This document shows, in pieces, positions 63,901 through 64,000 of a DNA stretch of 64,000 nucleotides (its first letter is position 1; the number at the start of each line of letters is the position of its first letter). The notes beneath the pieces were generated by a model. It ran no database searches. It saw only the letters and a program-made list of their open reading frames with translations, and was not told the DNA's origin. Source of the DNA: Callorhinchus milii (Eukaryota); contig NW_024704743.1 of the NCBI RefSeq assembly GCF_018977255.1, positions 21,640,001 through 21,704,000 of the forward strand. The letters run 5' to 3'. Made by a program: the position numbers and the translations under genes.

Positions 63901-64000
63901 CAACAACAACAACAACGAAATTACATTTATAGAGCACCTTTTACGTCGAGAGGACGTCCCAAAGCGCTGAACAGTCAGATGTCGGGGCCCGAGCATTGGG
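63901..64000 (-). mobile_element. L2 3' end, truncated by the window edge
   Basis: (CAA)n tail then acgtcgagaggacgtcccaaagcgct stem-loop. Confidence 0.75.

Noticed and set aside
57298..64000. The next upstream GPR158 exon (SIRASG...LLYFP-like)
   Set aside because: No matching sequence with splice sites was found by eye; it is probably beyond the window.
1..64000. CRISPR array, prokaryotic operon or defence system
   Set aside because: No regularly spaced repeat-spacer array or gene-dense region; the window is a spliced vertebrate locus.

Overview
This is vertebrate genomic DNA; the repeat content (Deu-domain SINEs, L2 and CR1 LINEs) suggests a cartilaginous fish such as a chimaera, which is an inference. 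The only host gene I can support is the 3' part of GPR158, a class C GPCR and RGS7 anchor, on the minus strand. Six coding exons with GT-AG boundaries (57188-57297, 55488-55726, 50323-50461, 32476-32581, 25450-25596, 22094-24013) splice into one frame of 886 aa plus stop, followed by a probable ~1.1 kb 3' UTR. The 5' exons lie beyond the right edge of the window. The rest is intron or intergenic DNA dense in decayed L2 LINEs, CR1 3' ends, two related tRNA-headed SINE families, an unclassified ~600 bp repeat and small inverted-repeat elements. I found no new multi-gene system. The best leads are an expanded and partly decaying set of VCPWE motifs in the GPR158 tail, a locally templated 38-bp insertion, a covarying SINE/LINE 3' stem-loop, the unclassified repeat family and a perfect ER8 nuclear-receptor palindrome.
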